The translations under genes were made by a program, and so were the position numbers. Positions 10,542 to 21,101 of a stretch of 64,000 bases of DNA are shown in pieces. Below the pieces are notes generated by a model. The model saw only the letters and a program-made list of their open reading frames with translations. It was not told the DNA's origin and did no database searches. The first letter of the stretch is position 1. The number at the start of each line of letters is the position of its first letter. The stretch is from an uncultured Candidatus Rokubacteria bacterium (lineage in GTDB: Bacteria; Methylomirabilota; Methylomirabilia; Rokubacteriales; CSP1-6). The DNA is taken from positions 1,210,590 through 1,274,589 of the forward strand of contig CAWBMV010000034.1 in assembly GCA_963789955.1 (NCBI GenBank). Direction: 5' to 3'.

Positions 10542-11197
10542 ATGGCACAGAAAAAAAATGACGTGCCGCTCGATCTCAGGACGTATCTGGCGAAGGCCCG
10601 CGGGGGAACCACCAAGGCCTATCGGAAAGAAAACCACCGTCTTCTCGCAGGGCAGTCCCGCGGACGCGGTTTTTTACATCGAGAAGGGCAAGGTGAAGCT
10701 GACGGTCCTGTCCACGCGCGGGAAGGAAGCGGTCGTCGCAATCTTGGGGAGCGGCGATTTCTTTGGTGAAGGGTGCCTCGCGGGACAGCCGCTTCGCATG
10801 GCCACGGCGACCGCGATGACCGAGTGCTCGATCCTTCGAGCTTCAAAAAGAAACCATGGTCCGGATGCTCCACAATGAACCCGCATTGTCCGAGCTCTTC
10901 ATGGCGTACCTGCTCTCCCGGAATGTGCGGATCGAAGAGGACCTGGTCGATCAGCTGTTCAATTCCAGTGAGAAACGGCTGGCGCGGATTCTGTTGTTGC
11001 TGACCCGCTTCGGCAAGGACGGGCAACATGAGCCCGTCGTGCCCAGGATCAGTCAGGAAACCCTGGCCGAAATGGTCGGGACGACGCGGTCCCGAGTCAG
11101 TTTCTTCATGAACAAGTTTCGGAAGCTGGGCTTCATTGAATACAACGGCGGCTTGAACGTTCATAGCTCCCTCCTGAATATCGTCCTCCACGACTAG
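10542..11197 (+). CDS. Crp/Fnr family transcriptional regulator (frameshifts near 10630 and 10850)
   Basis: cNMP domain VFSQGSPADAVFYI...GDFFGEGCL and HTH SQETLAEMVGTTRSRVS. Confidence 0.9.
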
Positions 11198-11201
11198 AGG
11201 G

Positions 11202-11843
11202 TCAGTACCTCCGAGGGCGCTGAAGCTCCTCGTCCAGATGCTCCGTCCCGACGCGACGATTCCATCGCCACACGCCGACGGCCAGGATCGCCGCAAGAGT
11301 CAGCAGGACGGCGAGACCAAGCCACCGCTCTGCCCGGTGCACATCGGCCACGATGGCTTTGATCTGATCGGTGAAGAAGTAGGCCAAACCGAACACTAGC
11401 GGGACGCCGAGTACGGCGGCACCCACGTCCGCCACGACGAACTTCCAGAACGGCACGCGCGCAATGCCCGCCGTCAGAAACGCGGCCGCGCGGAGCCCCA
11501 TGACGTGCCGCGCCGTGACGACCGTCTTCAGCGCATGCCGTCGATACGCCGCCTTGAACCACATCTCGCGCGCGGGCGACAGGACCAACCGGACTACTCG
11601 CCAGTTGAGGACCTGCTCACCCCAGTGGCGGCCGACCCAGTAGAGCACCATATCACCGGATAGGACCCCCAGCAGACAGACGGGTAGCGCAAGCCACCAC
11701 CGGACGATTTCCTCGTGGCTCAGCACGGCGGCCGCGATGATCGGCATTTCCTCGGGGATCGGCACTCCCAGGCTGCCGAGCAAGAGCACGGCGAAAACGC
11801 CGATGTACGTAAAGTTGTCGACGAACTCCTGGAGTGCCTCCAC
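11202..11843 (-). CDS. DedA family membrane protein
   Basis: LGVPIPEE, GDMVLYWVGR and ARHVMGLR motifs. Confidence 0.9.
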   Translation of the reverse strand: MEALQEFVDNFTYIGVFAVLLLGSLGVPIPEEMPIIAAAVLSHEEIVRWWLALPVCLLGVLSGDMVLYWVGRHWGEQVLNWRVVRLVLSPAREMWFKAAYRRHALKTVVTARHVMGLRAAAFLTAGIARVPFWKFVVADVGAAVLGVPLVFGLAYFFTDQIKAIVADVHRAERWLGLAVLLTLAAILAVGVWRWNRRVGTEHLDEELQRPRRY

Positions 11844-11985
11844 CGCATCCTCGCTGGACCAACGATGTTGCGTGTGCTCAGGCCCTTCGTGCAGTGTAGC
11901 CCGACCCCGACCGGGTACGCTGCCAGGACCCTGTAAGGGCCTCGGTACCGGCTATCTGTCGCGGCGGTCGAGCAAAACCGCGATT

Positions 11986-12076
11986 CGCGGCAATCGCCAG
12001 ACCTGAGCAATTCTGATCAGCGTCAGAACTTGTATTCGACGATCCTTCACCGTATGACTCGACGTGTCTCATCCGA
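11986..12076 (+). repeat. Copy 2 of the ~90 bp duplicated upstream element (copy 1 at 460-548)
   Basis: See 460-548; contains the near-palindrome CTGAGCAATTCTGATCAG. Confidence 0.8.
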
Positions 12077-12247
12077 GGGCGACCGGGGGAACGGCGCGGG
12101 GATCTGGGCCCTTCGTGTGGGGGACCCACCACGAGTCGCTCCGGCGGCAGGCCTTCGTGGGGTCATCGCAATGGCGGCGCTGGCACTGACCACGTCGTCG
12201 AGGAGCGGGGCCAAGCCCAAGCGGCGCTCGCGTTCGCCGCGTCGATC

Positions 12248-12892
12248 GTGGAATCGTCGGACGACGCGATCGTCGGTATGACGCTCGACGGGATGGTCAC
12301 AAGCTGGAACGCCGGTGCCGAGCGGCTCTATGGGTACCCGGCCCGCGAGGTCATCGGGCGGTGGCCAATCGGAATCACGGTTCCGGAGGACGAGCAGCCA
12401 AAGATCCTCAAGCGGGTCGGACGCGGAGAACGGGTCGACCACTACGAGACCGTCGGCGTGAGGCGGGACGGACGATGCATCAACGTGTCCGTCACGGTGT
12501 CGCCGATCCGCGACGCTGGGGGAAAGATCATCGGGGCATCGTCGATCGCCCGTGACATCACGCACCGCAAGGAGGCCGAGGCTTCGGCACCGGAACGGGA
12601 CACCCTGCGATATGTCGCGAGCCTGGCCGCCGCGGCGGCGCACGAGATCAACAATCCGCTGGCGGTGATCATGGGCTATGCGCAACTCCTGGCCGACAAA
12701 GTGGATGCGCAGGGACAAGGGCAGATCGACGAGATCCTGGAGGCACTTTCGCGAATTCAGGAGATCGTCGCGCGGATGAAGCGCGTGACCCGGATCGATC
12801 TGACCGAGCCGGCTCCGTATCTGCCGGAGATGCTCGACCTGAACGGATCGAGCGAGCCTGAAGGAGGCGATGTGACATGGAAACCATCTTGA
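12248..12892 (+). CDS. PAS domain + HisKA protein without HATPase (start probably further upstream)
   Basis: ESSDDAI...SWNAGAERLYGY...SSIARDIT (PAS/PAC); H-box AHEINNPLAVI; stop before any N/G boxes. Confidence 0.8.
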   Translation: MESSDDAIVGMTLDGMVTSWNAGAERLYGYPAREVIGRWPIGITVPEDEQPKILKRVGRGERVDHYETVGVRRDGRCINVSVTVSPIRDAGGKIIGASSIARDITHRKEAEASAPERDTLRYVASLAAAAAHEINNPLAVIMGYAQLLADKVDAQGQGQIDEILEALSRIQEIVARMKRVTRIDLTEPAPYLPEMLDLNGSSEPEGGDVTWKPS

Positions 12893-12957
12893 TCGTTCTT
12901 CTCGTGTTGTTCCTACTCGGTGGTGGCGGCTGGGGATACTCTCGCTGGCGCCGGTAG
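12877..12957 (+). CDS. 26-aa single-TM small protein (DUF3309-like), not in the ORF track
   Basis: AAGGAGG at 12861, then METILIVLLVLFLLGGGGWGYSRWRR*. Confidence 0.75.
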   Translation: METILIVLLVLFLLGGGGWGYSRWRR

Positions 12958-13170
12958 CGGCTCGCGGCGCTTCGCCGAGTCGACGGCTCGAGCGCTCGAT
13001 CCTCCTGCTCACGGGTTCGTACGGACCAAGGCAGCCGACCGTCCGCTAGCTAGATCTTCGCCGTTCTACAAGTACTCTGTCGGATATAGTCCAAGGGGTG
13101 CCCCACCCGAGCTCCGTGCCGCGGACCGTTATCGTTGGGGCTAAGGATACATGAGAGACAGGGATAGATC

Positions 13171-13575
13171 GTGAGCCAGGATCGCGACCGTCTGCGTGAT
13201 CTCAGCGCCCGGCTGCTGAGGCTCCACGGAATTCTCCTGGACCGCGAGCGGCGCGCGTACGAGGAGCGCCACGGGTCCGTCGCCTCGCGCGAGCTGCTTC
13301 ACCTCTTGCTTCACGACGAGCACTTTTCGTGGCTGCGCTCGCTCTCGTCGATGATCGCGAAGATCGACGAAGTGGTCGATGCCGACGAGCCGCTCCCGCC
13401 CGAGAGCCTGCAGAGCGCGTTTCGCGAAGCCCATCGGCTCCTGAAGTCCGGGACGGGCGGAGCCTTTCAGGACAAGTACCACCTCGCGCTCCAGGACTCG
13501 CCCGACGTGATCATGGCGCATGCCGCGGTCAGTCGCGTCCTGTCCGACTCGGGCTCAGGTCCGGGACCGCGCTGA
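13171..13575 (+). CDS. Hypothetical helical protein
   Basis: 134-aa ORF with coding-like composition. Confidence 0.7.
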   Translation: MSQDRDRLRDLSARLLRLHGILLDRERRAYEERHGSVASRELLHLLLHDEHFSWLRSLSSMIAKIDEVVDADEPLPPESLQSAFREAHRLLKSGTGGAFQDKYHLALQDSPDVIMAHAAVSRVLSDSGSGPGPR

Positions 13576-13609
13576 TCGGCGCCCGGCAACTCCGGGCGTG
13601 TGACCGCCC

Positions 13610-15516
13610 TTGAGCTCCCTGACGCGCCGCGATTTCCTGAACGGCGTCGCGCTCAGCGTGGGTGGGGCGTTCCTCTCGCCGCGCGAGGTGTTCGGCTGAG
13701 CCTCGACGATCCGCGGGGCCCGTCGCCCTATCCACCGACGCTCACCGGCATGCGCGGCAGTCCCGACGGCTCCTTCGAGGTCGCTCACGCGCTGCGGGAT
13801 GGGTCGTTCTGGACGACTGCGGGACCGCCCGCCGACACGGGCGAACGCTACGATCTCGTGGTCGTCGGCGCCGGCATCAGCGGGCTGGCCGCCGCCTGGT
13901 ACTTCAGCAAGGCCGCCGGCCCGTCGGCGCGTATCCTCGTGCTCGACAACCACGACGACTTCGGCGGCCACGCACGGCGTAACGAGTTCCAGATCGGCGG
14001 GCGCACCTTGATCGGCTACGGCGGCACGTTTGCCATCGATAGCCCCGCGCCGTACAGCCCGACCGCGAGCGCACTGCTGACCGAGCTGGGTGTCGACGTC
14101 TCGCGCTGGGGGCGCATGGTCGAGCGCGGTCTCTACGCGGGGCTCGGCATGAGCACGGCGGTCTTCTTCGATCGTGAGACCTTCGGAGTTGATCGGCTCG
14201 TGCGCGCGCCGTCGGCGATCATCGAGCAGGGCGCGGCAGGGCCGGGGACAGGCCAGGCCGATCCGCTGGCCGTTTTTCTGGCCGACGCGCCGCTGCCCGA
14301 TTCGGCGCGACGCGACGTCGCGCGGCTGGTCAAGGCGTCCGCCGACTATCTCCCCGGACTCGACGATGGCCAGAAGAAGGCGCGGCTCGCTCGTATGAGC
14401 TACGCCGATTTCCTGGTGAAGATGGCCGGCTGCGACGCCGGCGTGCTGCCGTTCTTTCAAGCTCGCCCGCATTCGCTCTACGGTCTGGGCATCGACGCCG
14501 TCTCGGCGCTCGACGCGTGGGGCATCGGCCTCCCCGGATTCGCGGGCATGCGGCTCGAGCCGACGGCCGGCCCCGGCATGGGGCTCGACGCGCGCCCCGG
14601 CCGCCGCTCGCCGTTCTTGCACTTTCCCGACGGCAACGCGACGATCGCTCGACTGCTCGTCCGGCGGCTCATCCCGCACGCGGTCCCCGGCCGGACCGCC
14701 GACGATGTGGTGCTGTCGCGCGTCGACTACGGGCGACTCGACGAGCGCGGACCGGTGCGCCTGCGCCTGAACAGCACCGCCGTGCGCGCCCGCCACACGA
14801 GCCAATCGACCGAAGTCGAAGTCGACTACGTGCGCTCAGGCCGGCTCGAGCAGGTGCGCGCTCGGAGCTGCGTGCTGGCCTGCTGGAGCGGCGTGATCCC
14901 GTATCTCTGCCCCGAGCTCTCGCGAGCGCAAGGCGAGGCGCTCGCCTATGCGACGAAAGTTCCGATCGTGCAGACCACCGTGGTGCTGCGGCGCTGGACC
15001 AGCTTTCACGCGCTGCAGGTTAGCCAGGCTCACTGCCCGGGAAGCTTTCACACGTCGGTCGGCCTGGATCTGCCGGTGCGCGTCGGACGCTATCAGCCGC
15101 CGCGACGGCCGGAAGAGCCGATCATCGTCCAGATGATGCGCACGCCATGCCGGCCCGGACTTGCAGCGCGCGAGCAGCATCGTGCCGGCCGCGTGGAGCT
15201 GCTCACGACGACCTTCGACACGTTCGAGCAGAACGTGCGCGACCAGCTCACGCGCATGCTCGGGGCAGGGGGGTTCGACGCTGCGCGGGACATTCGGGCT
15301 CTCACGGTGAACCGGTGGCCGCATGGCTATGCGTACCAGTACAACTCGCTCTGGGATCCGTTCTGGATAAGCGGCGGGCCGCTGCCGTGTGTGGCCGCGC
15401 GACAGCCGTTCGGGCGCATCGCCATCGCCAACGCGGACGCCGCGGCCTATGCCTACACGGACGCGGCGATCGATCAGGCCTACCGCGCGGTCGGTGAGGT
15501 GCTCGCTCGCGCGTGA
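13610..15516 (+). CDS. Tat-exported FAD-dependent oxidoreductase, spermidine dehydrogenase-like (frameshift near 13695)
   Basis: TTG 13610 reads MSSLTRRDFLNG (Tat motif); main frame has YPPTLTGMRGS, VVGAGISG, DNHDDFGGHARRNEF and VNRWPHGYAY. Confidence 0.8.
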
Positions 15517-15533
15517 TCGTGAGCGATGACGGC

Positions 15534-16154
15534 TCAGCTCGAGCTCCAGGCGAACGGCGCGAAGTGGCCGTTGTTGCGACCGGACGTGTCGTCCCAGTTG
15601 ATCCCGAACCCGTGCATGTGGCCGCGGGAGGCCTTCGCGAGCGCGAGCCGGCGCGCCGCCGGATGCCCCACGTTGTCGAAGTAGATCGGCTCGTCCGGCT
15701 TGGCGCCGGCGATGCCCTCGATCGCGATGTCGAGCATGCCCGGAATCGATACCGAGCGTCGCATCCCGTTCATCTCGAATGTGATCGGTTTCGTCGCGGC
15801 GCCTCCGAAATTGCTGATCAGCGGCGCCACCGCCGCCATCGGACCACCGCCCTGGCCGCTGGCGATCGTCGTGAGCGCATCGCGCTGCTCCTTCGACGCG
15901 CGCTCGTCCAGGACGAGTCCCACCGTCCAGTTGCCCTGGATCATCGGACCCGGTGTGTGCAGCAAGACGGCAAAGCTCAGGCCGTCGAGCCGGGTGCTTC
16001 CATACTGGCCCCGATCGACGCGGAACACGAGGCCGGCATCGCAGTAGCCCTTGGTCGGCCGTGCCGCGAGGCCCGAGGTCGGGCACGGACACACGGAATC
16101 GCAGCTGCACGCTTCGCAGTATTCGCCGCTGATCTGCCACTGAACGTTCGCCAT
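15534..16154 (-). CDS. DUF1326 family Cys-rich protein
   Basis: AGGAGG RBS; MANVQWQISGEYCEACSCDSVCPC N-terminus; C-terminal NNGHFAPFAW. Confidence 0.85.
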   Translation of the reverse strand: MANVQWQISGEYCEACSCDSVCPCPTSGLAARPTKGYCDAGLVFRVDRGQYGSTRLDGLSFAVLLHTPGPMIQGNWTVGLVLDERASKEQRDALTTIASGQGGGPMAAVAPLISNFGGAATKPITFEMNGMRRSVSIPGMLDIAIEGIAGAKPDEPIYFDNVGHPAARRLALAKASRGHMHGFGINWDDTSGRNNGHFAPFAWSSS

Positions 16155-16273
16155 CAGCTTCCTCCTGGCCGTCGGCCGACACGGCGCATCTGCTTCGCGG
16201 TCGCCCTCGGCTGCACGCTCAACGTACATCAGGTATGCCTCGCGTGCAGCCTTCGGCGTCACCGGGGGCCCGG

Positions 16274-17093
16274 CTACATCGGGAGGCTGCTCGGCTCTCA
16301 ACAGGATCGCGAAGCTGGGTCGGACCACGACGGCGAGGCCGAGGAGCACGAGGACGATCCCGGTCGTCCGCGCGATCCACTCGCCGCGCGGGAGGAGTTT
16401 TTCCGCGGCCACGATGGCGGCGATGAGCAGGACCCAGGCCAGACTCATGGCGCCGGCCACCACCAGCACGAGCATGAGCGCCCAGCAGCAGCCCAGACAG
16501 TAGAGGGCGTGAGCACGGCCCATCGCCAGGCCGCCTTGCCACCCCTCGCGCCAGTGGCCGAACAGAAACCCGAGAGGACTCCGACAGTGGCGCAGACACA
16601 CCCGTTTGAGCGGCGAGAGCTGAAAGATCCCCGCGCCGATGAGGACAGCGGCGACGACGTAGGCCAGCGCGCCGCTGCTGATGGCGCCGAGGGCCACACT
16701 GGCGAAATAGACCGGAACGCCCGTCAGGGCCCAGAGGCCGAGGTACATCAGCGTGAACGATCCGACTCGAATCGCCTTCAGCGCGGTGCCCGCGTTGCGC
16801 TGGGTCGCGGCGTAGAGGCCGATCATCGGGAGCGCGCTCGGCAGCATCATCGCCGTCATCATCACGGACCACGCGGTCACGTACGCCAGACCGTCGGCGA
16901 ACGTCGGCCGCATCGCCATCTCCATGCCGGCCATGTCGTCCATCCCCATCGGCGAGAGCAGGACGTGCGCCCACGCGGCGAGCATGATGACGACCAGGAG
17001 CACGGTCGTGAGCACCGAAGCAGGAGTGCGAGCGGTCAGCTCAGAGGGATCGGGGACCGAGTCGCCAGGGCCGCCGGCGTGCATCGCGGACAC
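16274..17093 (-). CDS. DUF2182 predicted metal-binding integral membrane protein (3' end approximate)
   Basis: WSVMMTAMMLPS, QLSPLKRVCLRHCRSP and YCLGCCWALM motifs; usual partner of DUF1326. Confidence 0.85.
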
Positions 17094-17124
17094 TCTATCG
17101 TCCGCGTCGGGGCGAGTCCAGCGC

Positions 17125-18015
17125 CTACCCGATGCGGGCGCGCACGAAGTCGCCGATGCCGGCGATGGCCTTCTCGGCCTCGTCCAGGATCGGCAAGAAC
17201 CAGTGCCAGACGTGGACCATCGCGGGCCACTCCTCGACCTTGACGTCCACGCCGGCCGCCCGGGCGCGCGCGCCGAGGCCGATCGCGTCGTCGAGCAGCA
17301 CTTCGTCGCTGCCCACGTGGATCAGCAGCGGCGGCAGGTTGCGCAGGTCGGCGTAGAGCGGCGAGACCAGCGCCGCCTTGCGGTCGCCGGCCCCGACGTA
17401 GGCCTGCGCCAGCGCCTCGACACCGTCGCGGGTGACGATCGGATCCGCGGCGGCCTTGGTGGCGTAGCTGGCGCCGCTGCAGGTGAGATCGACCCACGGC
17501 GAGATGCAGACGCCGCCGGCGGGCCGTGGCAGTCCGCGGTCGCGGAGCGCGAGGAGCGTCGCCACCGTGAGGCCGCCGCCCGCCGAGTCGCCGCCCAGCA
17601 CGATCCGGGCGGGCGCGATGCCGCGCGCCAGCAGCCACTGATACGCCGCGACGGCGTCATCCAGCGCGGCCGGAAAGGGATTCTCGGGCGCGAGCCGGTA
17701 GTCGAGCAGCAGCGCTCGGGTGCCGGCCGCCCGCGCGATGGCGGCGGCGAGATGACGGTGCGAGCGGGGCGAGCCGATCGCGTAGCCGCCGCCGTGGAAG
17801 TAGAGCACGACCGCGTCGGTTCGGACGCCTGGAGGCGTGAGCCACTCGGCGGTTCGCTCCGGCGCCTTCACGACCTCGATCGCGACGTCGGCGGGCGTGG
17901 GGAACACGCGCTCGGCGCGGTCGTACTGGGCGCGGCGCTCCGCCAGGGTCAGGGAGCTCGACGGCGGAAGCTTCGCCAGGTGATCTCGGACGGCTCGGAT
18001 TCCACGCGCGGTCAT
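17125..18015 (-). CDS. Alpha/beta hydrolase, HSL-like esterase
   Basis: HGGGY, DYRLAPE, GDSAGG and C-terminal HVW. Confidence 0.92.
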   Translation of the reverse strand: MTARGIRAVRDHLAKLPPSSSLTLAERRAQYDRAERVFPTPADVAIEVVKAPERTAEWLTPPGVRTDAVVLYFHGGGYAIGSPRSHRHLAAAIARAAGTRALLLDYRLAPENPFPAALDDAVAAYQWLLARGIAPARIVLGGDSAGGGLTVATLLALRDRGLPRPAGGVCISPWVDLTCSGASYATKAAADPIVTRDGVEALAQAYVGAGDRKAALVSPLYADLRNLPPLLIHVGSDEVLLDDAIGLGARARAAGVDVKVEEWPAMVHVWHWFLPILDEAEKAIAGIGDFVRARIG

Positions 18016-18776
18016 GTGCCCTCCAGCTTCGCGATCGCCGGGAAGACCTCGGACTGAGCCCGGTGCAGGTCCTCGGCGAAGTCGACTTCGGTCCACGGCA
18101 ACCCGGTGACCCCCACGGCCTCGACGCGCTGCCGGCTCACCAGGAGGTGCAGCGCGTCCTCATATTCGCAGATCCCCTGGCTGTCCTCGATGACCTGCTC
18201 GAGCAGGCCGATCAGCTCACGGCCGGCCTCGGGCCCGCACTTGAAGAAGCCGATGCCCTCGCCGACGCGATCCCACGCCCTGGGGACCACCTTCTTGCCG
18301 AGCGCGATGACCCGGTTGTCCTGCACGTAGATCTTCACTTCCTCGCCCGTGTCGGCAAAGCCCTCGTCGATCAGGAACGCCTGCGCGGCCGGCGACTCGA
18401 CGAGCCGTCGCAGGAATTCACGCGGGAACACGACGTCGGCGTCCATGATGAGGGTCGGCTCGCGCGTGATGACGTCGCGCGCGCAGTAGAGCGAGAGCGA
18501 CGAGCCCTTCTGATAGGCCGGGTTGTCGATGCACTCGATCGTCATTCCCGATGGAGCCGTCGCCGCGAGCGCTCGCACCTGATCGGCGCAGTGTCCGACG
18601 ACGATCACGACGTGTCGCACCCCGACCGCGTGGAGCGCGTCGAGCATGCGCGCCAGGATCGCGCGGCCGCCGACCGGAAGGAGCGACTTCTGCGTGTGAT
18701 CGGTCAGGGGCGCCAGCCGTCGGGCGACGCCGGCGGCCAGGATGATGGCCGTCACCTTACGCTCTGGTTCGTTCAT
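18012..18776 (-). CDS. Phosphocholine/phosphonate cytidylyltransferase family (LicC/PntC-like NTP transferase)
   Basis: ILAAGVARRL...K, MDADVVF, GEGIGFFK, EYED and WTEVDF motifs. Confidence 0.85.
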   Translation of the reverse strand: MNEPERKVTAIILAAGVARRLAPLTDHTQKSLLPVGGRAILARMLDALHAVGVRHVVIVVGHCADQVRALAATAPSGMTIECIDNPAYQKGSSLSLYCARDVITREPTLIMDADVVFPREFLRRLVESPAAQAFLIDEGFADTGEEVKIYVQDNRVIALGKKVVPRAWDRVGEGIGFFKCGPEAGRELIGLLEQVIEDSQGICEYEDALHLLVSRQRVEAVGVTGLPWTEVDFAEDLHRAQSEVFPAIAKLEGT

Positions 18777-18881
18777 ACCTTCTCGGTGCCTATAGTATCC
18801 TGTGCGTAACCGAATCGACGCAGGATCGAGACCGAAGTTCGACCGCATGGCCCGTGGTCAGTGACGGGGGATTGACGCGAA

Positions 18882-19682
18882 TTGAGCAGGACGACGACCC
18901 GGCGATCTCAGACGCCTCTCGAGCGAGTCCACGAGCCGTCTCAGCAGCGGGACGTGTTTCAGCGCGACGGCTTCGTGGTGGTTCCAGGGCTCTTCGACGC
19001 GCAGGAAATCGCGCGCATTTCCGAATGGACCGACGAGCTCGAGCGCAGCCCCGAAGTGCCCGGGCGGTCCATGAAGTATTACGAGCCGAGCTTGCTGCGT
19101 CCGGGCGAGCGCGTGCTCCAGCGCATCGAGAACTTCTGCCCGTTCCACGACGGCTTCGCCGGACTCTGCGACGGCGACAAGCTTCGCGGCTCGGTGTCAC
19201 GACTCCTCGGCGAGCCGGCCGTTCTGTTCAAGGACAAGATCAACTTCAAGCTCCCGGGCGGCGACGGCTTCAAGCCGCATCAGGACCAGCAGGCCGGCTG
19301 GAGCACCTACGCGGATCTGTTCGTCACCGCCATGGTCAGCATCGACTCCACGACCGCCCAGAACGGCTGCCTCGAGCTGTGCGCCGGGCAGCACACGCGC
19401 GGGCTGATCGGCGAAGAGTGGAAGCCGCTGACCGACGACGACATGCGCCGCCTCGGCGGGCGCGCGGTGCCGACGCAGCCCGGTGACGCGGTGTTCTTCG
19501 ACTCCTACACGCCGCACGCCTCGGCCCCGAATCTCACCGCCGAGCGCCGGCGCGTGCTCTACATCACCTACAACCGCCTGTCGGCCGGCGACCACCGCGT
19601 GCAGTACTACGCCGACAAGCGCAAGAGCTTCCCGCCCGACATCGAGCGAGATCCCAATCGGACCTACACGTTTCGTGTCTGA
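18882..19682 (+). CDS. PhyH-family Fe(II)/2OG dioxygenase (PhnY/TmpA-like)
   Basis: LFKDKINFKLPGGDGFKPHQD (HxD), NGCLE, and PHASAPN (distal His) followed by RR. Confidence 0.88.
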   Translation: MSRTTTRRSQTPLERVHEPSQQRDVFQRDGFVVVPGLFDAQEIARISEWTDELERSPEVPGRSMKYYEPSLLRPGERVLQRIENFCPFHDGFAGLCDGDKLRGSVSRLLGEPAVLFKDKINFKLPGGDGFKPHQDQQAGWSTYADLFVTAMVSIDSTTAQNGCLELCAGQHTRGLIGEEWKPLTDDDMRRLGGRAVPTQPGDAVFFDSYTPHASAPNLTAERRRVLYITYNRLSAGDHRVQYYADKRKSFPPDIERDPNRTYTFRV

Positions 19683-19700
19683 GTCACGACTCGAGGAACT

Positions 19701-19901
19701 ATGATCCTGCGTATCGCGCTCGTCCTCGTGGCCTGTCTGTCGATCGCCTCGCCGGCCTATGCCTATCTCGATCCGGGCACCGGCAGCATGCTGATCTCGG
19801 CCGTGCTCGGCGTGGCGGCGGCCGTCGCGCTCGCGGTGAAGATGTTCTGGTACCGGCTGATCGGGTTCTTCCGCGGCAAGAGGCCGGCAGCGGACAAGTA
19901 G
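19701..19901 (+). CDS. 66-aa membrane mini-protein with YLDPGTGS motif
   Basis: GAGGA RBS; signal-like segment (AYA), YLDPGTGSMLI, TM helix and basic tail. Confidence 0.8.
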   Translation: MILRIALVLVACLSIASPAYAYLDPGTGSMLISAVLGVAAAVALAVKMFWYRLIGFFRGKRPAADK

Positions 19902-19947
19902 CGCCGACGACGCGACGGCCGGTGCCCAACCGAGTGTCGCGCCGTTC

Positions 19948-21101
19948 ATGAGCATGTGGCAGGACTGGAAGAGCTTCCGTCGCTTCCGACGACTTCCGCC
20001 CGGCGACCGGAACATCGTCTTCTACTCCGAGACGCATCAGGATTGGCACCATCTGCAGCCGCTCATCGAGTTCTTGACCGAGCGATTGTCGCGGCCGTGT
20101 GCCACGTCACCTCGGAGCCGATCGTGCCGCTGCCGTCGGCGCCCGGCCTGCACGGCTTCCGCATCGGCCCCGGCGCGATCTGCACCTGGTTCTTCCAGAC
20201 GATCAAGGCGGACGTGATGGTCCTGACGATGCTCGATCTGCAGAACTTCCACCTCAAGCGCTCGCTCCATCCCGTCCACTACGCCTACGTGTTCCACAGC
20301 ATGGGCAGCACGCACATGGTGGATCACGCGAACTCGTACGATCACTACGACAGTCTCCTGTGCGTCGGCCCGCATCACGTCGACGAGATCCGCCGGCGCG
20401 AGGCGCTGCACCGCCTGCCGGCCAAGCATCTCTTCGCGCACGGCTACCCGCGGCTCGAGCGGCTCGTCGCGCTGGCGGCCGCTGAGCCGCCTCGCTCCGC
20501 GCATACGACCGCGCTGCTGGCGCCGACGTGGGGCGACCAATCGATCCTGCACGTCTGCGGTGAGCCGTTGATCGCCGCGTTGCTGGGCGCCGGCATCCGC
20601 GTCATCCTGCGTCCGCACTACCAGACGACGCGCCTGGCGCCGGGGCTGATCGAAGGTCTGGTCGCGCGATTCGGCGCGGATCCAGGCTTCCGTCACGTCA
20701 CCCGGATGGAAGAGAGCGCCTCGTTGTTCGAGTCCGACCTTCTCATCTGCGACTGGTCCGCGATGGCGATCGAGTACGCGTTGGGGCTCGGCAAGCCCGT
20801 CCTCTTCGTCGACGTCCCCCCTCGCATCCGTAACCCGAACTATGCGGAGCTCGGTCTGGAGCCGATGGAGATACGTATCCGTCGCGAGCTCGGCGCGGTG
20901 CTTCCGCTCGACCGGGTGGAGGAGGCGCCGCGCTACGTGGCCGAGCTGCTTCGCGACCCCGCCGACCTGCGCAAGCGCAACGCGGAGCGGCGAGAGGCCT
21001 GGGTGTTCAACTTCGGCCGCAGCGTCGAGGCGGGGGCGCGAGAGATCGCGCGCATCGCCGACGAGCGGGCCGGCATCGGAGCGCGCGGCCGACAGGCGTG
21101 A
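19948..21101 (+). CDS. CDP-glycerol glycerophosphotransferase (TagB/TagF-like) family protein (frameshift near 20095)
   Basis: IVFYSE, YVFHS, GYPRLE, LLAPTWG, LRPH and LLICDWSAMAIEY...KPVLF motifs. Confidence 0.8.

Noticed and set aside
13690..13705. In-frame TGA as selenocysteine
   Set aside because: The protein continues in a different frame and the position is not a catalytic Cys site.
15534..17093. 519-aa DUF2182-DUF1326 fusion
   Set aside because: DUF1326 has its own AGGAGG and ATG at 16154, and a one-base shift gives DUF2182 a stop at 16274. Probably an indel artefact.
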